DNA of 64,000 nt from Octopus sinensis. Taxonomy: Eukaryota. The position numbers were made by a program, and so were the translations under genes. Below are positions 25,233-38,150 of this stretch, piece after piece. The stretch's first letter is position 1. Each line of letters opens with the position of its first letter. The stretch lies in the NCBI RefSeq assembly GCF_006345805.1, contig NC_043002.1, positions 682,001-746,000 on the forward strand, written 5' to 3'. The notes beneath the pieces are model-generated. The model made no database searches. It worked only from the letters and a program-made list of their open reading frames with translations, and was not told where the DNA came from.

Positions 25233-25500
25233 ACACATACATATAAATACATATACATACGTCATCATCATCATCATCATCATCATTGTCATCGTCGTCT
25301 GCCTTCCATGCTGGCATGGGTGGGATAGTTTGGCAGGAGCCAGCCAGGTAGAAGAAGACTACCCCAGACTACTCTGTCTGTTTTGGTAGGGTTTTTATGG
25401 CTGGATGCCCTTCCAAATGCCAACCACTTCACAGTGTGGAGTGGATGACGTTTACATAGCTCCAGCACCAACAGGATCACCAAGTAACTTGCAAGAGAAG
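24970..25500. mobile_element. Two RTE 3' tails in tail-to-tail orientation (+ 24970-25162; - 25262-25500)
   Basis: Conserved GGTTGGCGTTAGGAAGGGCATCCAG terminus with (GAT)n and (CAT)n tails. Confidence 0.85.
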
Positions 25501-25704
25501 GAGTTTTGAGAGAGGAGAGAGAGGGGCGAGAGGGAGAGAGGGAGAGAGAGGGGACGCTGGAGGATCTGATGTCAGACGATGAAAGGCTGGGCAGAGACAG
25601 AAATGGATGTCTTGCTAAAGAGGAAGTAGATGGCTACCCAGCCAGAGGGAGAGAAAGAGGGGGGGAGAGAGAGTGGGAGTCAGCAAGAGTGCAAAAGAGA
25701 GCAG

Positions 25705-25736
<32 letters not shown>

Positions 25737-26316
25737 GGTGAAGTGCCAGGGTATACTCACAAGAAATGGGGTTCAGAGCCGAGATGAGAGAAATAAATGG
25801 TGGCAATTGCCAGGGCATGCCCTCAAGGTATGGGGTCATAATGTATGTGGCCAGGTATTGCCAAGAAGGTGAGAGTAGGGAGTGAGGTGGGGATTGCAGT
25901 GACTGGTGAGAACCTGGTTACAGAGAGGGGTTTGAGGAAAGCAGTGAGCGGGGCAGTAAGGGCAGAGATGGGGAGGGGGCAGATAATCATAGCGTATGAA
26001 GAGGAAATGTGAGGCAGAGTAAGATGCAGTTCGGTTTATTGGGGGGGGGGGTGAATATTTATTGTTACATGAAGGTGATGTGGGTGGGTCTTCTCTAGAA
26101 TTTCATTGGACCCTTGTCATGTCCTCACCACTTCATCTCCCTCTCTTACAGGTACCATCTACTTTCCGTGACTGGCACTTTTTCATACAGCTATCTTCTT
26201 TCATATACATCACATGTCCAAACCAATGTTATCTCTTCTCCTGCATGCCATATTTAATTCCTCTTGTGTCCAACTTTTCTCTCAACACAGTTGCACTTTA
26301 TATATACATATATATA

Positions 26317-27008
26317 CAGGGTGCAATGGGTAAATTGTCGCCATTTGATATTTTTAATTTCACACATGCACATCGTTTGTTTTTGATTTTGTTGACTACA
26401 CAGTATAGTAGGGTCAGTTGGGCACTCTCTGTAAGAAAAACAGTATCATTACACAATTCACTCTGCCAGAAATTTGGAACATGCTGTACTGTTTGGCATT
26501 TGTGCCAGAAGATCTAGTATGAACATTTCAAGGTTTGGATGTCAATCTGAAGACAGTGCAATTTGAGGACATGTACTGAGATTGATAAAAATCAAACATC
26601 CAGTCAACATCCACACAAGCAGGAGAATCCAGTCATGGCTGTCAGACAATTTCTGCAACCACATCTGGCCACCCAACTCCCCAGACTGCAAACCCCTTGA
26701 TTATTATGTGCGGGGTGCAGTTGAGTGAAAGACCAACAAAACTCCTTGTAACACAAAAATGAACTGAAGGCAAGGTTTATGGCAGCATTCACCAACTTAA
26801 ATAAGGAGGCCATCCAGAAGGGTTGCAGGAGATTCCAAAGTTGTCTGGAGGCCATGATTGAAGCCAATGGTGATTTTATTGAATAAATTTAAACTGTAAT
26901 AATTCAACATATTTTTATGTAATTTGGTAAATATATCTGTTAAAATGAGATGTCAGTGTTATTTTCATTTTTGCGTAATTTAGATGACAGTTTATTCACT
27001 GCACCCCA
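26317..27008 (+). mobile_element. Internally deleted mariner-like (maT/DD37D-type) DNA transposon
   Basis: TA-CAGGGTGCAATGGGTAAATTGTC matches the reverse complement of the end ...GACAGTTTATTCACTGCACCC. Remnant peptides WPPNSPDCKPLDYYVRGAVE and GCRRFQSCLEAMIEANGDFIE. Confidence 0.8.
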
Positions 27009-27648
27009 AGGACCTGGGAAGAGTGGGTGCAAACACACCCCCTAAAATTTTTAGCGGGTGCAAAATCAAAATTTGTACCCCTTACATACTTTGCCAGGTT
27101 AAAAAATAGTGTCTAAAAATTGATCTGTAAAAAGTTGCTTCAAGTTAGGTTCCTTTTCAAAACAAGAAGAAAGGACAAAAATGAATAAATAAAAAGTCCA
27201 AAATGTTAACTGGTGAAGCTGGTCATAAAATTCCCAAGGGAATTCTCCAGAAGGATATACTACAGAACTAAAGCATGGTCAGCATCAAAATTTAAAGTAT
27301 AAATAGACAGCAGCAATGACACCCTGACTTCCTATGCAACCTCTGAGCCTGGATGCACATTCATCCGTCCGTCAATGCTCTCGGTGTCGGGGGTTGACCT
27401 GCTTTCTCTTTTGCGGGTCTTACGAATAGCAAAAGACCACGTTTCGGACTTCTCCCATCTTGCGAGCTCTGGGACGAAGACTGTTCGCTCAACAGCAGCA
27501 TGACCAGCAGCACGGTCACTCTTCAAGACTAGCACACAATCGATGACCTATGAAACTCAATATTTCTAATTACGGTGACCAGTGAATAGATTTCACTGTA
27601 AATATATATATTTGCAAAGGCTTGGCAAGTATCTCAACTAGCAGGACT

Positions 27649-28311
27649 TACACGGGTGGAATCACCACCCAAAGACCAAAAACAGAAAAAAACTAAAAAG
27701 AAGTCTGCCAATGATACAGAGGATCGAACGCACGAAGGGAGTGATGCAGCAACGAAAGTGAGTGAAGGTTCAACGTGGGATGAAATGGAAAAATGGTCAA
27801 CAAAAGTGGAAGAATGTCTGAAAAGATGCAAGGAAGGAGGAAGACCAAAAGGAAGAAATCTCAAAGCTATAATGTTGTACAAAAAGGATAAAGAAATTGA
27901 GAAAAAATTAGCGATAATGAAAAATCTAACGAGAGTGAAATTGAACCCGAAGATATACGATAACCAAATAAAGGCTGCAATTGTGGAAAAAGAGACGGTA
28001 AATAAATTAATAAATTTGTTTTCAAATACAGTTGTGTGCATAGCGCACTACGTTCGATATGACAGTTTGTCCGGCGTTACAGAGCAGGATGAATTACTCG
28101 TTTACATTACTGACGAACACCCCAGATAGTACAACTGTAATTGTAAATGAAACTGCGAGCTTTGGGGGGCTCGTAAGCCATTTCATTTAATTCATTATTA
28201 ATATTTCATTTCATATCATCCTTTCTGTATTTTTGCTATATGTACCCCATGTCCTGTATTGTATTGTTATGTCCCCTCTTCATTCGGGCCATTGTGCCTA
28301 TAATAAAGATA
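27649..28311 (+). mobile_element. 663-bp retroposed insertion with an orphan K/E-rich ORF C-terminus (27656-28129)
   Basis: Perfect 16-bp direct repeat CTCAACTAGCAGGACT (27633-48 and 28312-27). The ORF runs from the 5' junction to a stop at 28129, followed by a ~180-nt 3'-UTR ending in AATAAA. Absent from the paralogous element at 41.9 kb. Confidence 0.75.
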
Positions 28312-28333
28312 CTCAACTAGCAGGACTCACTAT

Positions 28334-28379
28334 CCTGGACTGATGATGGGCAAGACCCAGAAACATGCATGTCTTCAGG
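28334..28379 (+). ncRNA. Intact minimal type I hammerhead ribozyme
   Basis: CCTGGA-CTGATGA-TGGG(CAAGA)CCCA-GAAA-CATGCATG-TC-TTCAGG. Full core, 6-bp stem I with one G-U pair, palindromic stem III; predicted cleavage after C28373. Confidence 0.9.
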
Positions 28380-28614
28380 TGCTAATCCTAGCTGGTGGGG
28401 GTGCTTGCCTCCCCTTTGCGAATATAAGGACACAGGAAATATGTCAAAGCCAACAGGAAGCGTCGATGCTTCCTAGGGCTAAACAACGGTGGTGTGATTC
28501 CCTTTACGGGACTGTCACGTTATGTTCACAGTATACAACCACTCCATCGCTCCACCACCGCTCATGACTCTTTGAAACATTTAGAAATTCAATATTTCTA
28601 ATATATATATAAAA

Positions 28615-29065
28615 TTAACCGAGAAGATAGCCTTCGTGTGCAGCAGATGCACAGGGGCAATAGACACCACAGATACTCAGAAAACAAATTCCATCACACT
28701 CCAGGGGGAGAAACTAGAAGTAGTTGATAGTTTCTGCTACCTAGGAGACCAAGTTAGTAGTGGAGGTGGATGCTCAGAGAGTGTCACCATTAGAATACGA
28801 ATAGCCAGGGCAAAGTTTAGAAAGCTTCTACTCCTACTGGTAACAAAGGGCCTCTCGTTCAGAGTGAAAGGTAGATTGTACGATGCATGTGTGTGAACTG
28901 CCATACTTCACGGTAGTGAAACATGGGCCGTGACTGCAGAGGACATGTGTAGGCTCAAAAGAAATGAAGCTAGCATGATCTGCTGGATGTGTAATGCCAG
29001 TGTGCACACGTGACAGAGTGTAAGCACCCAGAGAGAAATGCTGGACATAAGACTGACAGGTTATA
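28615..29065 (+). mobile_element. RTE LINE internal fragment
   Basis: EKLEVVDSFCYLGDQV, GRLYDACV and HGSETW. Confidence 0.88.
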
Positions 29066-29159
29066 AAACACAAGTGATGACAGATATTATTCAAGTTTCT
29101 TCAATATCTTTGGCCTTTGGAATCTGATTCTGAAGGAATGGTTTTGTGAACTAGCATAT

Positions 29160-29530
29160 GTCTTTTAAGTCTAGATATTGTCTTATGAGTTTTTTAACAT
29201 ATGACACAAGTCGTAAGAGGCGGTTGGTGTCCAAGATCATTACCTGTCTGGGCATTTCGATTTTCATGTGACTTCATATGATTCACGTATCCTCCTTTTG
29301 ACAACAGAAAACGGTCACATATAATACACATCCAATGTTCATTGTTCATTACGACAGGCCCTTTAAGTTAAAGAGTGCTGAATCATCTGTTCCTCCCGGG
29401 TATTGCAACTGGTCCTAACAGCACCTCTCCACTTGTTCCGATCCAGAACACCATTTTCCCAATCATTTTTGTTCAGATCGAGTTTCTTCAGGTTTTCCTT
29501 CGCAATTGAAAAAATTGGAGTCAACAAGAA
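29160..29530 (-). mobile_element. RTE (BovB-like) ORF C-terminal fragment
   Basis: KENLKKLDLNKNDWENGVLDRNKWRGAV resembles the WE..A.DR..WR motif of RTE C-termini. Confidence 0.6.
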
Positions 29531-29589
29531 TGTACCATAACTATATATACAAATGTTTTTGTTTGTTTGTTTGTTTGTTTGTATGTGTG

Positions 29590-29792
29590 TGTGTTTGCTT
29601 GCCCCACCCCCCCATCGCATGACAGCTGATGCTGGTGTGTTTACATCCCCCATAACTTAGCAGTACGGCAAAAAAGACAGAATAAGTACTAGGCTTACAA
29701 AGTATAATTCCTGGGGTCAATTTCTTCAACTAAAACCCTTTAAGGTGGTGCTCCAGCATGACTGCAGTCAAATGACTGAAACAAGTAAAAGA
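29590..29792 (+). mobile_element. 3' half of the CORE-like SINE
   Basis: Matches about 9725-9910, including the CAGTCAAATGACTG hairpin. Confidence 0.85.
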
Positions 29793-29827
29793 GGAGAAGA
29801 ATTTATGTAGTATATATATGTATATAT

Positions 29828-29884
<57 letters not shown>

Positions 29885-30104
29885 ATTAAATTAGGCAGTG
29901 GTTTAGCAATGAATCTTCAAAAAGGAAAATTATAATTGTCCTCAATTCCAGGATGGGGGGAGGTTTCTGATTTCCCACCCCAACTTTTTTCCAAACAAAA
30001 ATAAGTGGTTTCCAAACACAAACAAGGGGTTCTAACACACAGCTGGTATTAGAACACCTACAATGCTAGGTGTTCTATATATATCATCATCATCATATAA
30101 CAGC

Positions 30105-32350
30105 CACATATATTTTCATTGCTGGTGACTTCAACTTCCCTGAAATTCAATGGGAAACTTTTTGTTGGCCCCAAAATGCAGGTGATTTCCTTGATGCAAA
30201 CTGGCCCCAAGTAGTCACCTCCCCCACAAGAGGTAATAACACTTTGGACCAGCTCTTTACCACCATTCCTGAAACTGTTATCAGTGTTACGACGAAGAAA
30301 CCTCCAAGCAACTCCGATCATGCTATGATTCTTGCCAATCTGTCTCTTGTAGGCAGAAACAAGAAGCACCACCATCTTCTAACCACTCAAACCACAAAGC
30401 AGACTGGAACAGTTGCTATAAGGAGTTACGATGCCCAAACTGGTTTGAATTTTACAATTCTGAGGACATCAATATTGTTTTTCAAAATATCCTCAGTGCA
30501 ATCTAGGCCGTATGTGAAATGTCAGCACGGCACAAATGCTTCAGAAATAAAAACAGTGCAACTTGGGAGACTGCAACAGTTCAACTTGCCAGGGAAGGTC
30601 GTTGTGATCCTGAACAGAAATACAGACAGCATAGAACAGAAGACACAAGAGCCAACTGTCTCAAGCAAGTGATAAAAAAAATCAACTAGCCCTGACAGAA
30701 AAGTGTTCTGGAAATATATGTGTTTGAAACAGAAACCTCACTCCCCAGTCAGCCCTCTTCACAATCCCCACACAGGTCGGATCACTGATGCACCCAAAGA
30801 ATGCTTATTGCTGAATGCTATGCTGGCATTTTTACTGCTGAAAATACCAATGTACCTTCTTCACCAACTCTGAAGTCAAATTCCCTAACACGTGTGAAAT
30901 TCATACCTGCAATGCTGTGATGTCACCTCAAGAATAAGCGCGACTATGTCTCTCCTGGTCTTGATGGTGTTACTGATTTGCTTCTCAAATATGTTGGGTC
31001 CTTTCTATTGCGCCAACTTTTTTCCTCTTTTCAATTCTGCCTTAACAACTGTGTCACTCCAGAGCACTGGAAAATTGCCAGTGTCGTTCCTCTATTCTAA
31101 ATAAGTGACCGTCAACTACCGTCCAGTCAGCCTTTACTAGCTGTATTGCCAAATTGATGGAGACCTGTATCAGAGAAACACTCTGGAACTTTTGGAGCGC
31201 TCACAGCCTTATTCAACCCTCACAATTTGGTTTTATCTCTAACTCCAGCTGCTGTAGTCAACTCATTCAGTTTCTTGAGGACATCATTCAAGTTACTGAT
31301 GGCAGCTCATGGCTGGATGCTGTCCACCTCAATTTTGCTAAAGCCTTCAACTCTGAGCCACACAAATGACTTGTGGTAAAACTCTCTACAATGGGTGTGA
31401 AGGATGATCTCTATAACTGGCTGCAGTCCTTCGTTCTTGGTCAAAAAGAGGCAGTTATGGTTCTAGGACATCATCCTTCACCCTATGAGATGACATCTGG
31501 TGTACCACAGGGATCCATTCTTGGACCCCTACTGTTTGTTGCATATACTAATGACATAGATATTAACTTGAAGAAAGTTATAGTGTTGAAATATGTAGAT
31601 GACATCAAGTCGTACCTCGAGATGAAAAGAACAGCTCTTATACACTATAAACTTTCCCTGCAATCAGAGCTGGACACAATGCAGCAGTGTATCTGACTGG
31701 CAACTCAAGCTAGCTGTGGACAAGTGCGTCACCAAGCATTTTGAGAGGAAAAACCCAGCTTTTACATACTCCCTCAGCAACACCAATCTCAAGAAGACTG
31801 TTAGTGAACGAGATCTGGATATAATTGTAAACAGCGATCTTCCCTGGACAAACCACATCTCTGAGATTGTCAAGAAGGCTGAGGGTGTCCTAGCATCACT
31901 CAGTAAGACCTTTGTCTCTCCAACTATCAATTTAAAGCCGTATTTGACTATGGTATGTCCACACTTAGAGTTTGCATCACCTGTCTGGAACCTCTATCTT
32001 GCTCAGCATATAAATCTCCTGGAAACTGTTCAGAAACGTGCAACAAAACAAATACTCGCTTCCTGGGAATGGGTACACTGAATCTCGGATGTCTGGTGAC
32101 TGACTTGGTTGGCACCCACAAGATTATCCATCATCTTTCCAGCAACAACTTTGGGCCTCTTTTTGAATTCCATATATCAAACACTCGTGGACATGCTTAT
32201 AAAATAAAAAAAAAACAGCACAGCACCCATGACTTTTGTAAACATCTTTTCATGCTCAGAATTGCTGAAGCATGGAATAAAATACCCGTATCAGTTGTGA
32301 GCTGTTGAGACACTACATCCTTCAAAGCTTCCATGCTTCTTGAAATCTGC
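30105..32350 (+). mobile_element. Degenerate CR1-group LINE
   Basis: AGDFNFP, RGNNTLDQL, SDHAMI, LNFAKAF, SGVPQGSILGPLLF, YVDD, LETVQKRATK and TRGHAYKI across several frames. Confidence 0.9.
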
Positions 32351-34128
32351 AAGCAGTACACCACCACATTACTTTCCCGCTAGTGAGTTTCTAAACAAAG
32401 AAACAAACGATCTAGGGAAAAGAGAGCATTCATACAAAAATGCATTTAAAGACAAGGTGAGAATAACGTTCAATTGTGAAAAGTATTTTCTTGTTGGTGA
32501 ATGTGATGCAAGGCTGAGAAAAATTGTGCATATCAGCAGAAAGAATCTTGAGAAGGTATACAAGACAAGTATCTATTCGTGTGCATCCGAATAGCAGTGT
32601 CACTTCGCTTGCGCAGAATGCAGAATATGCCAGTTGGTGCGTGACTGAGGCAGAGTGAATGAGCGTGCGCATGAGTGCAGAATGTGCCAGTTGTTGCGTG
32701 ACTGAAGCAGTGAGTGAGCATGCAAGGGTGTATACATGAGTGTGAGAGAAAGTCCTGTAGCTATGGAATAAGCTGAGGTGAGTGAGTGTGTGCATTCTCT
32801 ATCCATGATATCAGCAAAAGTTTTCTTTCAGGATTGCATTTTATGTGAAAATGCCTTGAAAAAAGTGCCAAAGTGAATTGTGTCTGGCATTGTTGTCACG
32901 GGCATTTGCTAAGATTAGCCAGAATGACGATTGTGTGGCATGCTGGCTCAGTGCGTCGGACAGACAATTCTCTTATTAGCTTCGTGACCAACCTGGGGTT
33001 GAACAGAAACAAGCTGTGTCTGACAAGAGCGCAAAGAGCAAGTATTGACATCCGACTTATAGAGTCAGGAAAAGAGGCTGAGCAGGCACAGACATGAGAA
33101 CATGTCTAAAGGCACCATGTTTTGGTGTATGTGTATAAGTGGGTGCAGTCATGCAGGTTCGTGTATGAACATCGAGAAAGAATTTTGTTTTGTTTTACAA
33201 ACAAAATACTGAGCAGTGCATAAATGGGTCAACATGCGAAGTAACAAGGAAACTGCAGATATTCAAAAGGGAAAAAGGGGGCAAGAAAAACAGTGAAAAC
33301 ATGTAGCAAGAAAAGCAGTGTAGTTAAAAGAATTGTACAACATATGTGTGAAACTGTGCAATGCCAGTGGCCGATGAGAAAATATATATTATACAAATAG
33401 AGAACATTCAAAAACAAATGAGAGTGTATAAAGCTAATTAAAGAGAACAAAATGAAGCATTTGAAATGCAAAAATATTTGTATGCAGAGAAAGTTGAAGT
33501 CTATGTGGAAATGTTTGGAGTAAAAGCTAAATATTTCATTTCTTGAGCTGTGATTTGAAACCAAATCTAAGGATTCTTGCTTGCCTGGTCCACCATTGAA
33601 GGTTCAAGTGACAGCAGGTGACCTACATAGGTAGAAATTACTCCTGTGGTATATCTGTTTTTGTAGCTACAGTCAGACACATGGCAGGTGAGCAGACAAC
33701 CAGCAACAGGTAAGTGGTCGAGAGACAGCAGACAGTCAAACAGCCAACAGAGAGCTACATATTCAGCATGAACAACACAACACAGTAGCAGTCGCACAAC
33801 ACAAACAGACAAGACAGAAAGAAAACACGACCCAACCGAATGACCAACGCACACACAGATACAAAACATGCCCAGTTCTACCTCATCACATCAACACAAT
33901 ATTTCTCCTATTGTTCATTTTGATTTTGCCAACTTGAAGCAGTTGGTAACTTCATGTTGCGGCCTTCCTTTATATATTGTGAACCAAACCTTGCGTATTA
34001 AATACGTAAATGCAGGTGTGGATTAAATAAATGATTTAAACTACAATCTGATGCTCTCCTCATTGTTTTACTTTGATGTCGTCAACACGCCTATCTTCAT
34101 CAACAACACCTTTTGCTAAACATCCAGC

Positions 34129-34162
<34 letters not shown>

Positions 34163-34717
34163 TTTCCAAACAGTTTCTGTTTATCTAATTCACTGATGAG
34201 GCATTGGCTGATGTGGAGTTATACTTCGCCAAAGTGGCACTGAATCCAAAACATGGTCACAAAGTGACTTACTCAACCAGACATTTTGGTTCAATATTTC
34301 AAAATTTTCTTCAAAACTTTCAAGCTAAACAATGCTTAGGCTTTTTAAGATAGTTGCAAAGCAATGCTATATTATAGCAGTAAAGGTGGCATTAGATTAT
34401 TTTATGTTGTAAACCAAGAAATTCCCATTCGCCAAAATTACAAAGAAAAACAATCACTGTGGTCTAAAAATAAGACAGGGAGGAATAAATCTGAAATAAT
34501 AAACTTACTCAAATATGAAATGCAATGAGAAATAAATCTGAATTTTAGCTGAATGATATCAACACTAGACATGTTTCAGTGTTATCAAGCCTCAACCATA
34601 ACTGCATAAGGCTGAAATTTAATTTAGTTGAATTTGTGGTCTAATTCCATCCAACATAATAGCTTCACTATTAAGTTTTCAAGCAGCAAGTGTCTTGGGT
34701 AGTTTTCCCCAGACATT

Positions 34718-35772
34718 CAAGTACCTTGAGAGAAAAGTTGGACCTAAGAGGAATCAGATGTTGTGTGCAAGAGAGACGATTGCGCTGGTATGGTCATGTG
34801 GTGAGAATGGATGAAGATAGGTGTGTGAAAAAGTGCCACACCCTGGCAGTTGAGGGGACCTGTGGAAGAGGTAGACCCAGGAAAACCTGGGTCGAGGTGG
34901 TGAAGCACGACCTTCGAACTCTAGGTCTCACCAAGGAAATGACCAGAGACCGAGACCTATGGAAGTATGCTGTGCGTGAGAAGACCCGGCAAGACCAGTG
35001 AGAACAATCAAAATCAAATCATATATCAGAAAGCAGGGGTTAAGTGACCCATCTGTTCGTGTCCGCTGTCAGCCTCGTCTGGCACCTGTGCCGGTGATAC
35101 GTAAAAGCACCATTCGCTCATGGCCGTTTGCCAGCTCTGCCTGGCCCCGTGTCGGTGGCACGTAAAAGCACCATCCGTTCGTGTTCGTTGCCAGCCTCGC
35201 CTGGCCCCGTGCCGGTGACACGTAAAAGCACCGTCCGTTCGTGGCCGTTGGCCAGCTCTGTCTGGCCCCGTGTCGGTGGCACGTAAAAGCACCATCCGTC
35301 CGTGTCCGTTGCCAGCCTCGGCTGGCCCCCGTGCCGGTGACACGTAAAAGCACCGTCCGCTCGTGGCCGTTTGCCAGCTCTGTCTGGCAACCGTGTTGGT
35401 GGCACGTAAAAGCACCATCCGTTCGTGTCCGTTGCCAGCCTCGGCTGGCCCCCATGCCGGTGACACGTAAAAGCACCGTCCGTTCGTGTCCGTTGCCAGC
35501 ATCGCCTGGCCCCGTGCCGGTGACACGTAAAAGCACCATCCGTTCGTGGCCGTTCGCCAGCTCTGTCTGGCACCTGTGCAGGTGGCACGTAAAAAACACC
35601 CACTACACTCGCGGAGTGGTTGGCGTTAGGAAGGGCATCCAGCCGTAGAAACACTGCCAGATCTGACTGGGCCTGACGAAGCCTTCCAGCTTCACAGACC
35701 CCAGTTGACCCGTCCAACCCATGCTAGCATGGAAAACGGACGCTAAACGATGATGATGATGATGATGATGAT
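34718..35772 (+). mobile_element. RTE 3' fragment with a ~60-bp tandem array (8 units plus a terminal partial unit, about 35045-35600)
   Basis: ORF end ...AVREKTRQDQ*, the same array as 14958-15669, and a (GAT)n tail. Confidence 0.95.
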
Positions 35773-37439
35773 TCATTCATTGTTTTACACTGTATTCATT
35801 AATGACAAATCACATATATCATTCTAACATTTTGTCATCATAGTTAAACTATGATTTGCTAATGAGGTATATGGCCTGAACATCTTCATAGTTACCTCCC
35901 CACAACTAAAACTCACACTTACCTACCTACCTACAACCCATTTACCTATCCACCCAATGACTGACCTACCTACCTACCTGCCTACCTATGCACTCACTCA
36001 CTCCCTGCCTGTCTATATCTATCTCTTCTATACTATACTTAAATCATGAAATACCCACTTCATGGTTCTTTCTTTTCTTTTTCTATAATTAATTATTCAG
36101 ATAATTAATATATTCTCACGCTTAACGTTATAATTTTAATCAATTTCAGTTTCTGAGTTTACTACATCAAGTGGGTTTCGTCCACTTAACTATTTAGTTT
36201 TCGTGCAATAGGCGCCCCTGGACAGTTTTCTATAGTTCTTCTAGCATTCGAGAAGTGTCTACAATGTTGTCACCAAGTCATGCAGACAGGTAAAAAGAGT
36301 CACATTAAAAAGTTCTAAAATAAAATGCTAAAAGGAAGGTGAGAGATTAAGACGACGCAATTTGCGGGTTTCGTCTGATAAAAGAAAAATGACTTTATGC
36401 CAAAGTAACGGTCGAATATTCTACGAAGACATGCAATATTGAAGAGACGGTGTGAATATCAGAATCGGAATTTAAAAAAACAAAGAGATGATCTTTACCT
36501 CAGTTCAAAACCAACATTAACAAAATATTCAGTTGTTATGACAACGGAATAAACATTTTTTTCAATTAACATATATTTTATTTATTTTCGCATTTATTTT
36601 TTAATCACCAATTAATGTAATTTGTTATTTTCTTTTTCTTTTATAGAAATATAACTTTCTGCAGCAAAAATAAACAATTTTAAAAACTAAAACTTTAAAT
36701 ACTTAATACGAAAAGTCAAATACATAACAATAACAAATAATCCAATTAACTGTTTAAAATTAAAAATAATATAACTACAACGATTTTAAAATTAATTTAT
36801 AAATGAATAACGAAATCTATTTAAAAAGATATATTTATATTTTATTAATATTTTACAAAGATATGTTAATATAAATTAAAACGTGTTGTTTTACGAAGCT
36901 ACGGCTTGAAGGTGAAACCAGAGAAAGTCGAAGCAATTCCTGGAAATTCAGGTAAAAAAAAAGAAAATATTCCAGAAAAAAGATTATTTTTTAGGATTTA
37001 ATGTTTAATATTGTTTCCAGGTTTCATGTTTTTCATGTGTCGTTTGGGTGTGTGATATTTAGCAAATTATATCGAATTTGAGGAAGAACATTTATAGAAA
37101 GCTTCGTGTAAATAATTATATAAGCTTTTTGTGGAAGATTTTGGAATTGGTTAAATTCTTGGGGAAAAAGGGACGAAAAATGATTTAGATTTTAAGGACG
37201 GGGCAGAAGTATTTGGTTTAGATATCTAAAACGAACCAATAATCCTTTTATATTTTATTTCGTTCTCTTCGGCGCTAAAATGTAATTAGTTGCAATTAAG
37301 TCCCGGTCAACCTTGAGAGAGTAGGCTTAGGGTCAAAAGTATTCTAGCCGTGACCATCCAGTCTATTTTAAAATATATATTGTATAGCTAAGGCTACGGA
37401 AAGAAACAACTAATCGTGTATGACAAACGTATTAGATTA

Positions 37440-38150
37440 ATCACAGTCCATGTTTGGTCGACGCACCTTACCTTCTTCGCTCCCCAATATATCCGAGATA
37501 AACTGCAAAAATACACAAAATAGCGCACCACGCATCATCATAGATACACAAACCACTGAAACACCAAATAAGAAAAATGAAATACTATTTGGTCCTGCGA
37601 TGGAGGTGGAAGTCCGTAGAATGACAGCCAACTTCAACTCTAAATTCTCGTTGAAAATACGGAGAAATCACTGCAACGTTGGTGACTTCAGTGTCTGTAA
37701 AGCTCGCATTTGTACTCTGACCAAGTTCAGCCGAGGAACCTGCGGACGTTCAGAGATAAACTGTAAAGTGGAGACAGATCAACTGTTATTTTATACTCCA
37801 TAGAATTCACCATTTCATTCGGATTCGCACGTCGTCCAATTCGCAGCGGAAATCAAGGCTGCGAAGAGGCGACATCAGTGAAGCATGTCATAAGACAACT
37901 CTTCTTAAAGTAAACCCAAAATTTCAATATTTTAAGCAAATGTTAAAGATTAAGGATTTCCGCCTACTTCATCCTTATCTTCATTTTACGTCCACTTTTC
38001 CGTGTTTGCAATGAGTCAGACGTGATATGTAAACAATGGTTTGTTGCAGGATCATTGGGTCCGGCATGTGGATGGCTTTTAGCAGACTGAATGTTTTCAT
38101 CGTAGGGTCGTTAATAACTCGGCATTTTTCATCAATTGGTTAACTTGAAT
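37440..38150. promoter_or_regulatory. CpG-rich, repeat-free promoter/5'-exon-like region, possibly bidirectional
   Basis: CpG density is clearly higher than in the AT-rich flanks. Strong minus-strand donor GAAG|GTAAGG at 37472/37471. Twin GAGATAAACTG motifs at about 37495 and 37753. Function is inferred. Confidence 0.45.
37472..37541 (-). CDS. Possible first coding exon encoding a signal-peptide-like segment (MMMRGALFCVFLQFISDILGSEE, phase-1 donor)
   Basis: First ATG in its frame, a hydrophobic core and a consensus donor. It could instead be a 31-nt UTR exon (acceptor TTTTTGCAG at 37503). No downstream exon was identified. Confidence 0.35.

Larger units (their letters stand above)
27571..28583 (+). 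mobile_element. Hammerhead-containing non-coding structured element, copy 1 (interrupted by 27649-28311)
   Basis: Colinear similarity to 41900-42155 on both sides of the ribozyme. Bounded by a 19-bp direct repeat GAAA(C/T)TCAATATTTCTAAT (27552-27570 and 28584-28602). Confidence 0.7.

Noticed and set aside
27332-27535. 67-aa minus-strand ORF in CpG-rich sequence next to the ribozyme element
   Set aside because: Weak acceptor, non-ATG start and no motif; it cannot be assigned as an exon or element.
36211-37055. Chain of three phase-compatible plus-strand mini-exons
   Set aside because: Weak splice sites, an unrecognisable peptide, and such chains arise easily by chance in AT-rich DNA.
37450-37803. 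117-aa plus-strand ORF
   Set aside because: No recognisable domain; probably incidental in a GC-richer promoter-like region.
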